From Octopus vulgaris (Eukaryota), in assembly GCA_951406725.2 (NCBI GenBank), contig OX597818.1:47306001-47370000 (forward strand): 64,000 bases of DNA. The letters are read 5' to 3'. The translations under genes and the position numbers were made by a program. Under the pieces are notes generated by a model, which saw nothing but the letters and a program-made list of their open reading frames with translations, did no database searches and had not been told where the DNA came from. Each line of letters begins with the position of its first letter. Position 1 is the first letter of the stretch. This document shows positions 39,001 through 52,000 of the stretch, piece by piece.

Positions 39001-42000
39001 GTAGTCAAAGTAACCATTTCTTGCCTATGGATTCCTATTTTACCCTACTGGACTTCCATAGCCATTTGATGTGCAAAAGAAAGTAACCCCTTTAGTCGAG
39101 TAAATTGACCCCAGGACTTATTCTTTGTAAGCCTAGTACTTATTCTATCGGTCTCTTTTACCAAACCGCTAAGTTACGGGGACGTAAACACACCAGCATT
39201 GGTTGTCAAGCGATGTTGGGGGACAAACACAGACGCACAAACATGTACACACACATACACATATATACATATATACGACGGGCTTCTTTCAGTTTCTCTC
39301 TACCAAATCCACTCACAAGGCTTTGGTTGGCCCGAGGTTATAGTAGAAGACACTTGCCCAAGGTGCCACGCAATGGGACTGAACCCAGAACCATGTGGTT
39401 GGTAAGCAAGCTACTTACCACACAGCCACTCCAATGTATTTTTTAAGTTACATATTAGGAATTATATAAAAAAGATGTTTAAATATTTTGTGTATTATAG
39501 AAGTATAACTTTTTTATTGCTTATAAATTTTAACAAGAAAATCTTATATGTTGGGAGCCCCTGCTCTAAAGCATTAATGGACTAATGTTACTTGACAGGG
39601 TGTGAAGCTCAGATCAGGGAGTCTCACCAGGTTGAACTGCAAATTCACCTCAATGAGAGTTCATAGCTCTCGTACTACTGACATGTGATTCTCTCCTGCA
39701 ACATTTTAATTACAAGGTGGGCACAGGTGTCACTTCACTGGCACGTGTAAAAAGATTCGAGCGAGGTCGTTGCCAGTACCACCTGAGTGGCCCCCGTGCC
39801 GGTGGCATGTAAAAACCACCCACTACACTCTCGGAGTGGTTGGCATTAGGAAGGGCATCCAGCTGTAGAAACTCTGCCAGATCAAGATTGGAGCCTGGTG
39901 CAGCCATTTGGTTTGCCAACCCACAGTCAAACCGTATAACCCATGCTAGCATGGAAAGCAGATGTTAAACGATGATGATGATAGAAGCTGAGCCAACAGG
40001 TAGAAGACCTAAGGGTAGAACCAAGAACGAGATGGTTGGATAACATCCATTGACTCAGGTGTTCATTTTGGGAATCCAGCTGGAAAGTGTAATGACAGTT
40101 GCTTCTGGCAGAACTCTATGGAGGAAGTACCTGAGGACTACTCCCAGACCCTTCCAGGAATGGTAAGGGCAACAATGAATGGATGGAGTGTCATAAGACA
40201 GCATTGAGTTATTAAACACCCTGAACTAATAGGATTAGCACTAATTGGTTAGAATAGGCAAAAAGGTAAAGAAAGAAAAATCAATCCCATATTTAATTGG
40301 AGTTGATTTATTAGAAATCTAATATGTCGGCCTTAATAAAGCCAGTGCAGTCAATAGAATAAATGATTTGCTTTTCATTTGGCCTTATATTATGACTTTT
40401 CATTTCTTTCAGTTTCAAAACACCATATCAGAAGGGAACTTATTCAGAGGTTTTATCCAAACGGACTATGGCAGCGACCAAGGAAAGACCCGCATCATTG
40501 ACTTTGTGCAGTGGAAAGTAAGTATTGCACTTTCCTTCCTTTCATTGTGTTTAAAACAATTTGCTTTTTGTTTTAATCTGATTTCTTGATTTCTATTATG
40601 TAAAAAGCTCTGGTGTTGGTGCCACGTAAAAAGAACTGGTGTTGGTGCCAAATAAAAAGCTCTGGTGTTGGTGCCACGTAAAAAGCACTGGTGTTGGTGC
40701 CACGTAAAAAGCACTGGTGTTGGTGGCAAATAAAAAGCTCTGGTGTTGGTGCCACGTAAAAAGAACTGGTGTTGGTGCCAAATAAAAAGCTCTGGTGTTG
40801 GTGCCACGTAAAAAGCACTGGTGTTGGTGCCATGTAAAAATCACTGGTGTTGGTGCCATGTAAAAAGCACTGGTGTTGGTGCCACGTAAAAAGAACTGGT
40901 GTTGGTGCCAAATAAAAAGCTCTGGTGTTGGTGCCCCGTAAAAAGAACTGGTGTTGGTGCCACGTAAAAAGCACTGGTGTTGGTGCTATGTAAAAAGCAC
41001 TGGTGTTGGTGCCAAATAAAAAGCTCTGGTGTTGGTGCCACATAAAAAGAACTGGTGTTGGTGCCACGTAAAAAGCACTGGTGTTGGTGCCACGTAAAAA
41101 GCACTGGTGTTGGTGCCATGTAAAAAGCACTGGTGTTGGTGCCACATAAAAAGCACTGGTGTTGGTGCCAATTAAAAAGCTCTGGTGTTGGTGCCACGTA
41201 AAAATCACTGGTGTTGGTGCCATGTAAAAAGCACTGGTGTTGGTGCCACGTAAAAAGCACTGGTGTTGGTGCCATGTAAAAAGCACTGGTGTTGGTGCCA
41301 CGTAAAAAGAACTGGTGTTGGTGCCAATTAAAAAGCTCTGGTGTTGGTGCCACGTAAAAAGAACTGGTGTTGGTGCCAATTAAAAAGAACTGGTGTTGGT
41401 GCCACGTAAAAAGAACTGGTGTTGGTGCCACGTAAAAAGCACTGGTGTTGGTGCTATGTAAAAAGCACTGGTGTTGGTGCCAAATAAAAAGCTCTGGTGT
41501 TGGTGCCACGTAAAAAGAACTGGCGTTGGTGCCACGTAAAAAGCACTGGTGTTGGTGCCACGTAAAAAGCACTGGTGTTGGTGCCAAATAAAAAGCTCTG
41601 GTGTTGGTGCCACGTAAAAAGCACTGGTGTTGGTGCCACATAAAATATATATAATGAGCTGTCAAAAGCACTAATATGCAAATTAAGTTTGTCAGTGTGG
41701 CAGTAGTCTAATTTATAACTGCTTTGTATACTAACTGAATATTCTGTGATATTGATTGGGAAGAAAACCAAGACCATCATCTATAAAGAACAGTCAACAA
41801 ATCAAGCAATCCAGTTGGAGACTCTCCTTCTCTCTCTTTCTTGCACATCAAAAGCATAAAAGGAATGTGTTTACTTTCTTATTTCACCCACTGCTAGGTT
41901 TTATGATTTTAAAATTTATTTCAGCTTTTCTGATCCATGTTGTGTGTGTGTATACTCTTTTACTCTTTTAATTGTTTCAGTCATTTGACTGTGGTCATGC

Positions 42001-42151
42001 TGGAGCACTGCCTTTAGTCGAACAAATTGACCCCAGGACTTATTCTTTGGAAGCCTAGTACTTATTCTATCGATCACTTTTGCCGAACCTCTAAGTTACG
42101 GGGACGTATACACACCAGCATCGATTGTCAAGTGATGTTGGGGGGGACACG

Positions 42152-42194
<43 letters not shown>

Positions 42195-42257
42195 ATATAT
42201 ATCATCATCATCATCGTTTAACGTCCGTTTTCCATGCTAGCATGGGTTGGACGGACA

Positions 42258-42315
<58 letters not shown>

Positions 42316-42654
42316 CGATGGGTTTCTTTCAGTTTCCGTCTACCAAATCCACTCACAAGATTTTGGTCGGCCTGAAGCTATAGTAGAAGACACTTGCCCA
42401 AGGTGCCACGCAGTGGGACTGAACCTGGAACTATGTAGTTCGTTAGCAAGCTACTTACCACACAGACACACATTCATAATACATATATGTATGTAATCCT
42501 CTTTGTCATTGGACTGTGGCCATACTAGGTTTATTTAAACAAATTGACCCCCACTCGGTTTTCAAGGCTGGTACTTCTCCTATTTGTCTCATTTGTCAAA
42601 CTGCTAAGTTATGAAGATGTAAGCAAACCAACACCGGTTTTCAAGCAGTGGTAG

Positions 42655-42701
<47 letters not shown>

Positions 42702-42971
42702 AGCGATCCATAAACTCATACAAAACTATAAGTAGTATTAGGGCTCATTTGAAGGCAGGGCTCCAGCATGGCCGTAGCCAAATGACTGAAGTGTCTATGA
42801 AACAATGGATGTTATGCAATGAAAATTTATGATTTTCTTCTATTGTCTGATATTATAATTATTGTCATCATATTTGCATAGATAGTGGAAGAACATTATT
42901 GATTTTTACCCATTGATGTTTTAGAGAAGAGATATTGCTTGAATCAAGTAGTGCTTTCAACCAACACATTG

Positions 42972-43016
<45 letters not shown>

Positions 43017-46000
43017 TGTGTGTAACTTGTTTTATTTTTTAATTTTATTTTTTTTTTGCAATTTTTCAATTGGGGTAATACAATAACTTGATAATAACTG
43101 TTTGTAAGGAGAGTGCTCTATAGTGTATCCACACACATATGTATATATATGTATATATACACATATGTATATAATCCGATTCACTACTTAAATTTTAATA
43201 GGTTGAAGAAAATAAAATTTATTAATTGCCAGAGATGAAGATATGGTGGGGTGGGGGCACTGTCATTGAAAACATATATCGAAACAAATTTTTAAATAAT
43301 TAGTTTAGATTCGTTATCATCTATTCTCATTTCCACTTGTAAAATTGAGTCTAATTGACATTACCTCTCATTAGCAAAAGGTAGTTAACATAACCTAATC
43401 AATCAAATATTGTTTACAAATCATTTTGTGAAAGCGAATGGCTTAGTGGTTAAGGCTTGGCACTCACAATTGCAAGATTGTGGTTTCAAATCCTAAACAA
43501 TGGTGCGTTGTGTTCTTGAACATAACATCTTATTTCATGTTGGCCCAGTCCACTCAGCTGTAAATGGGTAGTCCTTCAATGGACTGGCATTAAGTTCAGG
43601 AGGAATGATGGCCTGTCTGCCTAGCCAGCAGGATGGCATTATTGAAAAGCTACAACATGAGGAAGTGCATTGCAACCAGCAAATAACATCCAATAGTCTT
43701 GTCGATGTAGTGATTACGTACTTTCATCTGCTTCCACCTTTAGAAATAGTCCTCTCTTCAAAAGTAAATCATCATCATCATCATCATCATTTAACGTCCG
43801 TTTTCTGTGTTAGCATGGGTTGGACGGTTCGACCGGGGTCTGGAAAGCCAGGGGCTGCACCAGGCTCCAGTCTTATCTGGCAGTGTTTCTACAGCTGGAT
43901 GCCCTTCCTAACACCAACCACTCTGCGAGTGTAGTGGGTGCTTTTTACATGCCACCTGCACAGGTGTCAGGGGGGGTGGTCTGGCATTGGCCACGATCGG
44001 TTGGTGCTTTTAACGTGCCACCGGCACGGAAGCCAGCCAAGGCAGCGCTGGCATCGGCCACGTTCGGATGGTGCTTTTTATGTGCCACTGGCACAGAAGC
44101 CAGTCGAGGCGGCACTGGCATCGGCCATGTTCGGATGGTGCTTATTATGTGCCACCGGCACGGAAGCCAGCCAAGGCGGCGCTGGCATTGGCCACGTTCG
44201 GATGGTGCTTTTTATGTGCCACCGGCACAGAAGCCAGACAAGGCGGCGCTGGCAACGGCCACGTTCGGATGGTGCTTTTTATGTGCCACCGGCACAAGTA
44301 TCACAACTTCTATTTCCATTGATATTTGACAAATCTTTTTATAATATCAGGAAGCAAAGCTTGAAAAGAAATGGTAGACCTTCCAATAGACTGAAGGTCT
44401 GCCATCTGTTCTTTCCGTCTCTCACCTGCTGTTCTTCAATTTGTCTTATTCTGGTGGGTTATTTGCATTCTTTTTACAAGAAATCGTACTTCCCTTCAGT
44501 TTTGGATTTAAAAAGAGAAACAAAATTACTAGTTTTCCAGAGTAAAAAGATAAAGCAAACGTGTGTATACATGTATGTGTGTGCTTGTGAGTGTTTGAGT
44601 AAATTATAAATATGCTGTGTGTCTGTAATTGTGTATGTTTTATCTGTTAACTAAACATAAAACTGATGAAAGCGCAAAAGTGTAGTGCTGTGAAGGAAAA
44701 GGTGTTAAAAACACTGTATCACGTAAATTTGAAGGTTTTTTTTTTTTTTTTGAGGAAAAAAAATTTAAAAAAACAAGAGGAACAAAAGCAAGTAAGAGAA
44801 TACAATTGAGGAAAATGTTGAAGAGATTTACACATGTTAAAATCAAGCAAGTTGAAATTATTCCACTAAACTGAAATCATGAGGAAGGAAAATGTTAAAT
44901 GTAAAAACAAGAAAGCACTTATGTTAGTCATGATACTGAAATACTTATAACTAAAATACCAGAACGAAACAATTTTTGTAGTACCTGGGCATTTTATTGA
45001 TTCTTTTGGTTTAAGATGGCTTCCATTGTTAGCTGATCAATAAATTTATTTTTTTATGTATTTTTTTATTTTAATTCTAAGAATTGGTATGGAGTTAGAT
45101 TTAATGATCTGTAATATTCATTCACAACGGCAGCCATATGGCCTCTTGTGAGGTCCTGGCTCCTTTGAAGGGAACTACCAACTGGAAACAATGAAAGAGG
45201 TGGTGGTGGTGGTGGTGGTGGGGGTATATATTTAAAGAGAGTAACAGCTGAAAAATGTGAAGAGGAGGGGAAACTCAAAGACAATGTATGTATGTGGATG
45301 TTAGTGTGAGTATATTTGTGTCTCCATCTCTTGACATCCTGTGATTATTGTAAGTGAATGTCACTCGTTTCCAGTATTCTGCAAAATCATGTCTGGTCAT
45401 GGAGAAATATTACCTTGTTTGGAGGCAGGTAATGGTTGGTGACAGGAATGGTATCCAACTAGAAAATCTGCTTCAATAAATTTTGTCCGACCCATGCAAG
45501 AATGAAAAAATGGATGTTAAAATGATTAGTATATTGTGTTTACAGGCACCGATAAAAACTCTTACAGTCAGTGCTGAAATGATCATAATCTAGGGGCAAA
45601 CTCCCCACAAGTAGTGTACAATTTCTGGTTCTCAGCTGAAATCATTTCACTTCATGTATGCTTACCCTGAGAAAAACAAGAACATCGCAGCATCGCCTTT
45701 CAATTTATAATGTGAGGCCTTTAGAATAAAAAATAATTTTATTTCTAGTGGTGTTAGGAAGGGCATCTAGCCATAGAAACCAAGCCAAATCAGACTGGAA
45801 CCTGGTGTAGCTGTCCTGCTTGCCAGCTGTGGTCAAACCATCCAACCCATGCCAGCATTGACATTAAAGGTAATGATGATGTTCTATACAGAACCACTTG
45901 GCTACGTATGAAGGTACATGTCTTTGTGTGTTGGGCTCTGAATCATAAGATTGTGGTTTCAATTCTTGAACCAAGCAGTGCTTTACATTCTTAAACAAGG

Positions 46001-49000
46001 CACTACATTTCATGTTCCTCCAGGGGAATTACAACCATATTTCGTGGTCTGCTACCACAACAGCTCCTTTATAGGATCCAGTTTGGTCAAGACATCATCA
46101 GGAGGAACCATGTCCGGTTTTGGCCCCTACTCCTCTACCGTTTTGACGTGCCCCCCCCCCTTTTTGGAGGTGTCTCCATCTCTGGTGTTGGGTGCATGTC
46201 TTCTTTCTCCTTCTTTCTTCTGTTCCCTGGCCTCTTCGATGTAGCATCAGTGAGTGTCAGCCGGTGACTGACTGTCTTGTCAAATTTTTCCCTTTAAATA
46301 CCCGCCGCTAGGCTCCAGCAGGCAGCCCCATGAGTCCTTGATGTTCTACAGGTTTGAGGATGGGAGGTCTAAGAGAGAGTTTATATCTGTTTGTGATGCT
46401 ATAAGCATCTAAAACAATTTGTGAAAGCGTGGTAATATCCTACAAAGTTATAGTCATTTGTGAGTTAACAGCTGTATGTACAGATATGAATTGTATTAGG
46501 TCTGAGAGATAAGGCATTAACACATCTTACAGAGCACATAAATTGCATAGCTTTCCTTCTGCAGCTAAAGTATGCTGGTATAGCAAAGCAAAGTTGTATT
46601 TGGATAGTCTCTGTAAGTAGCAAGTGCATGTCATTGCATTGGTTCATATTTAATATCCCCTGCTGCAGTTTGGTTGATCTTAACTGTCTGTTACCATATT
46701 TCTGTTGAAAAACATTGCCTTTGTTTCAGTTAATTTTTAAAATGATGAAGAATTTAATAAAATAACCTTGTTATTACTTGATGTTTGAAACAAAAATTAT
46801 GAAATTTTGAAATGTTTTAAATTGGGTTAACTAAAAACAAACAGTTTATATTGGGTTGTCCGGAAAGTTCGTGCCGATTTATAGTAGCTTACCTTTCGAC
46901 TTATTTTAGAACATGGTTGAGTTCATAAAATAGGATTTGACTACACCTCCATTTAGAGCACAGTTTAAGCTGTCTTTTCGTGGGAGAAGGTTTATGTTGC
47001 TATAACCTGTGTTAATTCTGTAATCCTTTAAAATGGAAGATAAGAAAGTTCATTTTCGGCACTTGATGCTTTGGGAACCAGACAAAAATTGCTGCAGTTC
47101 GGTCGGGATGTGTTACCCCACCCTCCATATTCACCAGATATTGCTCCTTTGGATTTCCACTTGTTCAGGTCTCTGCAGAATAGTCTTAATGGTAAAAATT
47201 TCAATTCCTTAGATGACATAAAAAGATACCTTGATGAATTCTTTGTCATGAAACCACCTCAATTCTGGGAAGAGGGTATTTTCAAGTTAAAGGAAGGATG
47301 GAGATGCATTGTGCAACAAAATGGTTCATATTTGGATGATTAAAAATGTAATGGCAAGTTTTTATTGCCCTTTTTCTTTCCTTTAAAAATCGGCACGAAG
47401 TTTCCGGACAACCCAATATTCAGAATCAGTTGCTGTCTCAAGTGAGTTGGTATCAAAATAAACAAGGCAGTTTTCCTTTCATGACTTACTATAATTTTGT
47501 TCAATTAACAGGTGATTGATAAATATTTTGAGATCAATATCAGCATTTATATATTTGATTGAGAAAGATTTTTAGATTCCATATTTTAGAGTAAAAGTTG
47601 ATTTATTTTTTTCTTAATGGCTTAAGAATTGGTTGTTATAATAATGTATTGATCTTAATTTATATATGTCTAAATAATTATTTCTTTATTGAAATTCAGC
47701 TGAAATGTTGTGGTGGACAAAGATACACTGATTATTTGAGCTCCAGCTGGGCTCATCAGAACCAAAATAATATTGGCCAAGTACCCTTATCTTGCTGTGC
47801 TGACTATAAATCTAATGAAGCCTCTAATATCAATAACTATGGTTGCAAAGCAGAGGGAAACCTGAGTTACAAGAAAGTAAGTAGTTTTTGGTTTTAATAC
47901 TTGCTAGCAGTATCACCCGGCATTGCTCTGGTTTGTTTCGACCCTTTAGAATTTTTGAAAAGTAAAAATTATGCATTATGTAGCTTGTTATTCTCTTTTA
48001 GTGAACATTTTTCTGGTTGAAATACACCAAAAAATGGCGACACAGCAGTCAAAAAATCATAAAAAGTAGGGATTTTCATAGAAAAAAAGCACCTTTTTGA
48101 TGTAAATAATTTTTGGTGTTAACATGGTCCGATTTGAATTTTTTCTTCTATGGAAGGAAGAGCAAGCCTTCTTCTATCATACTCCCAATTTTGGTCAACT
48201 TGCACCGCAGGGTCTCGGAGGAGATAGTGTTAGTTGAAGGTTACCAAACCTGCCATACACAGACAACTTCAGCTTTATATATATAGAGAGATTAAATTTG
48301 TTGGAGACTATTAATAGTCTAGCAACTTCATTTACTTTGTGAAAATCTTCCCAATCCTCAATTGCCTAAAAGTAAAGTATTGAATTAGTATGTAATTTTA
48401 ATTATTGAAAATTATTTTTGTCTCCCTACATTGTCTGTTTGAAATTAACTACATATTACTCATACTGAAGGTATTTTCTATCATCATTATTTTAATTGCT
48501 TTATCTGTGAATAATTTTCATGCAAATTATATTACTGTCTCAAATCATTCTAAAATCTAGTAATTACATATTAGAAAAGGGATGTTAAATGATGACAATG
48601 ATAGACTATACTTTGCTGAGGAAATCTCATAAGATTTGAACATTTCTGGAGTTTTCCCTGTACTTTCCGAAGACCAAAATTGCTCTCCAATGTATTTTTC
48701 TTTTTTTTTTATCTATTTATATCCAAGAGTTCTCCCCCTTGCTTTTCTTATCTATAACTATCATTAACACTAGATATTCTTCTCATCACAGATGTATTTC
48801 AATTGATTAAATGTTATTTTTGGCTCACTACATTATAGGACCCTGCACTTAACCATATACTGTCTGTGCAGATGACATCCTTGGAAAATTTTCTAATGTC
48901 ACTGATATATAATTGTCTTGCCAGATTTCAGTGATGATGATTACTCGTACTGCTTAAGCAGATCTTATGGCTCAAAACTACTGAATAAATATTGCATTCA

Positions 49001-52000
49001 GTTGGCATTTCAATAACTGTTTCATCATAAAAATCATGTTTCTGCTGAACGTTGTGCTAATTATATTGTTATTCTACATTGTTTCCATTCAATAACTCTG
49101 GTAATTTTTATGCTGACCAAAAATGATTTAAATTATAATCTCATGAGATTTTTACATTATACGAATACCCTAATGGTTTATTCTTTTCCTCTTGACTAGT
49201 ATTGACAAATGTGCCTTGCTAACAAAGCAGACTTTCTCTATGTAAAACAATGTATTATGTCTACGAGTCAGTTTCTATTGGTTGGTAGTATGACATTTTG
49301 CTGCTTTGAAATATAAGGATTGTAGTTGATGACCATGTATTGCTGAATTTGTTAAATGCAGCATTAGAATACTTCTGCTACTTGAGCCAATAATTGTGCT
49401 TATATAGGATCACTGAGCCTGCTAGAATTAGCAGCTAGATTTACCTTAAAACACATTTTACCATCTCAATTAGAGCAAGACACAAGATTTTGTAGTCCAG
49501 ATAAAAAGACAAGGATGGTCGAGTTTGGAGTGCTGGTTGAACAATACATTGACCAACCACTTCTGTACTAAAGATTTTCTTGATCACTCCTGTGCTTGAG
49601 GAGACCTATTGAGTCAAGTACATCAACATCAAAATAAATATCAAATGGAAATTGTAGTTGTGATACCTGTGCCGGTGGCACATAAAAAGCACCATCCAAA
49701 CGTGGCTGATGCCAGTGCCATCTTGACTGGCTTCTGTGCTGGTGGCACATAAAAAGCACCAACCGATCGTGGCCACTGCCAGCCTCTCCTGGCACCTCTG
49801 CCGGTGACTCATAAAAAGTACCCACTACACTCACGGAGTGATTGGCGTTAGGAAGGGCATCCAGCTGTAGAAACACTACCAGATCAGACTGGAGCCTGGT
49901 GCAGCCTCTTGGCTTCCCAGACCCCGGTCGAACCGTCCAACCTGTGCTAGCATGGAAAACAGACGTTAAACGATGATGATGATGGCAGGCCTGAGGTTAG
50001 ACAACAACTGCTGATATCTCTATACGGACAGCTGTAAATCACTCAACTTTGTCTCCTTCTCACCCCCACTACCCATTTACTATAAGCTTTGTCTTGGAAT
50101 GCCCCATATTTCATTATTTATGTCAGCTGTGAAAATACTTTCTCTCTAATGTGGATACCTTTCATTTTATACACTTTGTCTTTGTTTAAGAAAAAAGCCT
50201 ATCTTTTTATCCTCCTAAATTTTTACATGGAAACATTAGTAATAATAGTCCTTTCCACTTGGAGGCCCAAGGCCTCAAATTTGTGGGGAGGGGACTAGTC
50301 GATTACATCAACCCCCAGTGTTTCACTGGTACTTAATTTATTGACCCCGAAAGGATGAAAGGCAAAGTTGACCTCAGTAGAATTTGAACTCAGAACACAG
50401 CAGTAGATGAAATACTGCTAAGCATTTCGTCTGGTATGCTAACACTTCTGCCAGCTTGCCACGTTACTAGTAATAATACTAATAGAATAAGGTGGGTGCA
50501 TCCAGCCATAGAAACCATGCCAGAATAGACATTGGAGCATGGCACAGTCCTCTGGCTTGCCAGCTTATGTTAGCAATCCAACCCATGCCTGCATGGAAAT
50601 CTGATATTAAATGATGATGATTATAGCCTCAGCATCTTCTAATTGATCTACATGACCATTAAAACCTACATTCAGAATTGTTCTACATTTCATTCCACTT
50701 CCTTTGCTTGTAACGACTTGATTTTCAGCCATTGTATTGCCTTCATGAAGCATAGAAGGCATGTCTATCGCTACACAACATCTTCGATTCACTGTTATAA
50801 CCTTTTTTTTCCAAAATGCCAGTGTTTAAAGAAAAAGCAAACAAATATGGTATTGCTTGATAGTGTTGACTCTGAATATATACACTCTCGGAGTGGTTGG
50901 CGTTAGGAAGGGCATCCAGCTGTAGAAACTCTGCCAGATCAAGATTGGAGCCTGGTGTGGCCGTCTGGTTTGCCAGCCCTCAGTCAAAATCGTCCAACCT
51001 ATGCTAGCATGGAAAGCGGACGTTAAACGATGATGATTATGATTTAAAAATAAAAAGAGCACATCTTTTACACCAGCACATGCAGTATTTTCTTTATCCA
51101 GCTAAGAAAATTTCAATTAATTTAAAATTTATTACGTATGTCATTGAGTACACCAACACCCACTTGATTTACTTTACTTATATGGTTGCAGACTACATTA
51201 CTTGCTACATCAGGTTTTATCAGAATAATTGTTGCATATCTTTTCCTATTGCTCTCAACTGTTAAATATCACAGTGTTATATAAATTATTGTATATGGCA
51301 TCAACTGGTTATTGTTGCCCTTTCAAACTTTTTACTATTTTCTGGTAGAGATTCTATAACATCTGATTTATTTTAGAATATCCAATTTATGTAGCCAGCT
51401 TGTATCATCAGACCTCACATACTGTATTTGCTAGTGCATAAGACACATTTCCAGTTGAGGTGCAGCCCAATTTTTACAACTATTTTCTGGGGGGGAAAAT
51501 GAGCAAATTTAGTATATTACATGATACTATTATGATTCTTATTAGATAAAACTTAGATAAACTTAGATATGTTTTGACCAAAGATTGGTCCAGGCCATGT
51601 CTAACTTAATAGCACCACCTGATAGGATTATCTAAATCCTGTTTAAGTCAAGTTTTGTTTATGATCCATTCAAGTAGTGAGTTTTTGTTGGGTGAGTTGT
51701 ATCCAATTATGGGTGGCTTATCTGGTATTCCTTGAAGGAATCTATCCAGACTCAGTTTAAAGTTGATGGGATCCTTTTCCTCTTTGATCTCTTTCAGGAC
51801 AATGTTAAATAGGGCAGGGCCTGTTGAGGAAAAGAAATTATGTTGCAGTGTACATGTATGCTGTGATCTTGAATTGGGCAGGGGACGTTACATTACTCTG
51901 AGCGATAAATCCAATATTGCACCAGTGTATTGGAATAAAGAATGGAACCATAAATGTATCATAAACTACATTATTGGATTACCGTATTTTTTTTTCCCAT

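Noticed and set aside
40601-41640. CRISPR-like array
   Set aside because: Units are contiguous with no unique spacers, there are no cas genes, and the context is a eukaryotic intron. It is a minisatellite, and its ORFs ([13 protein letters not shown] repeats) are artefacts.
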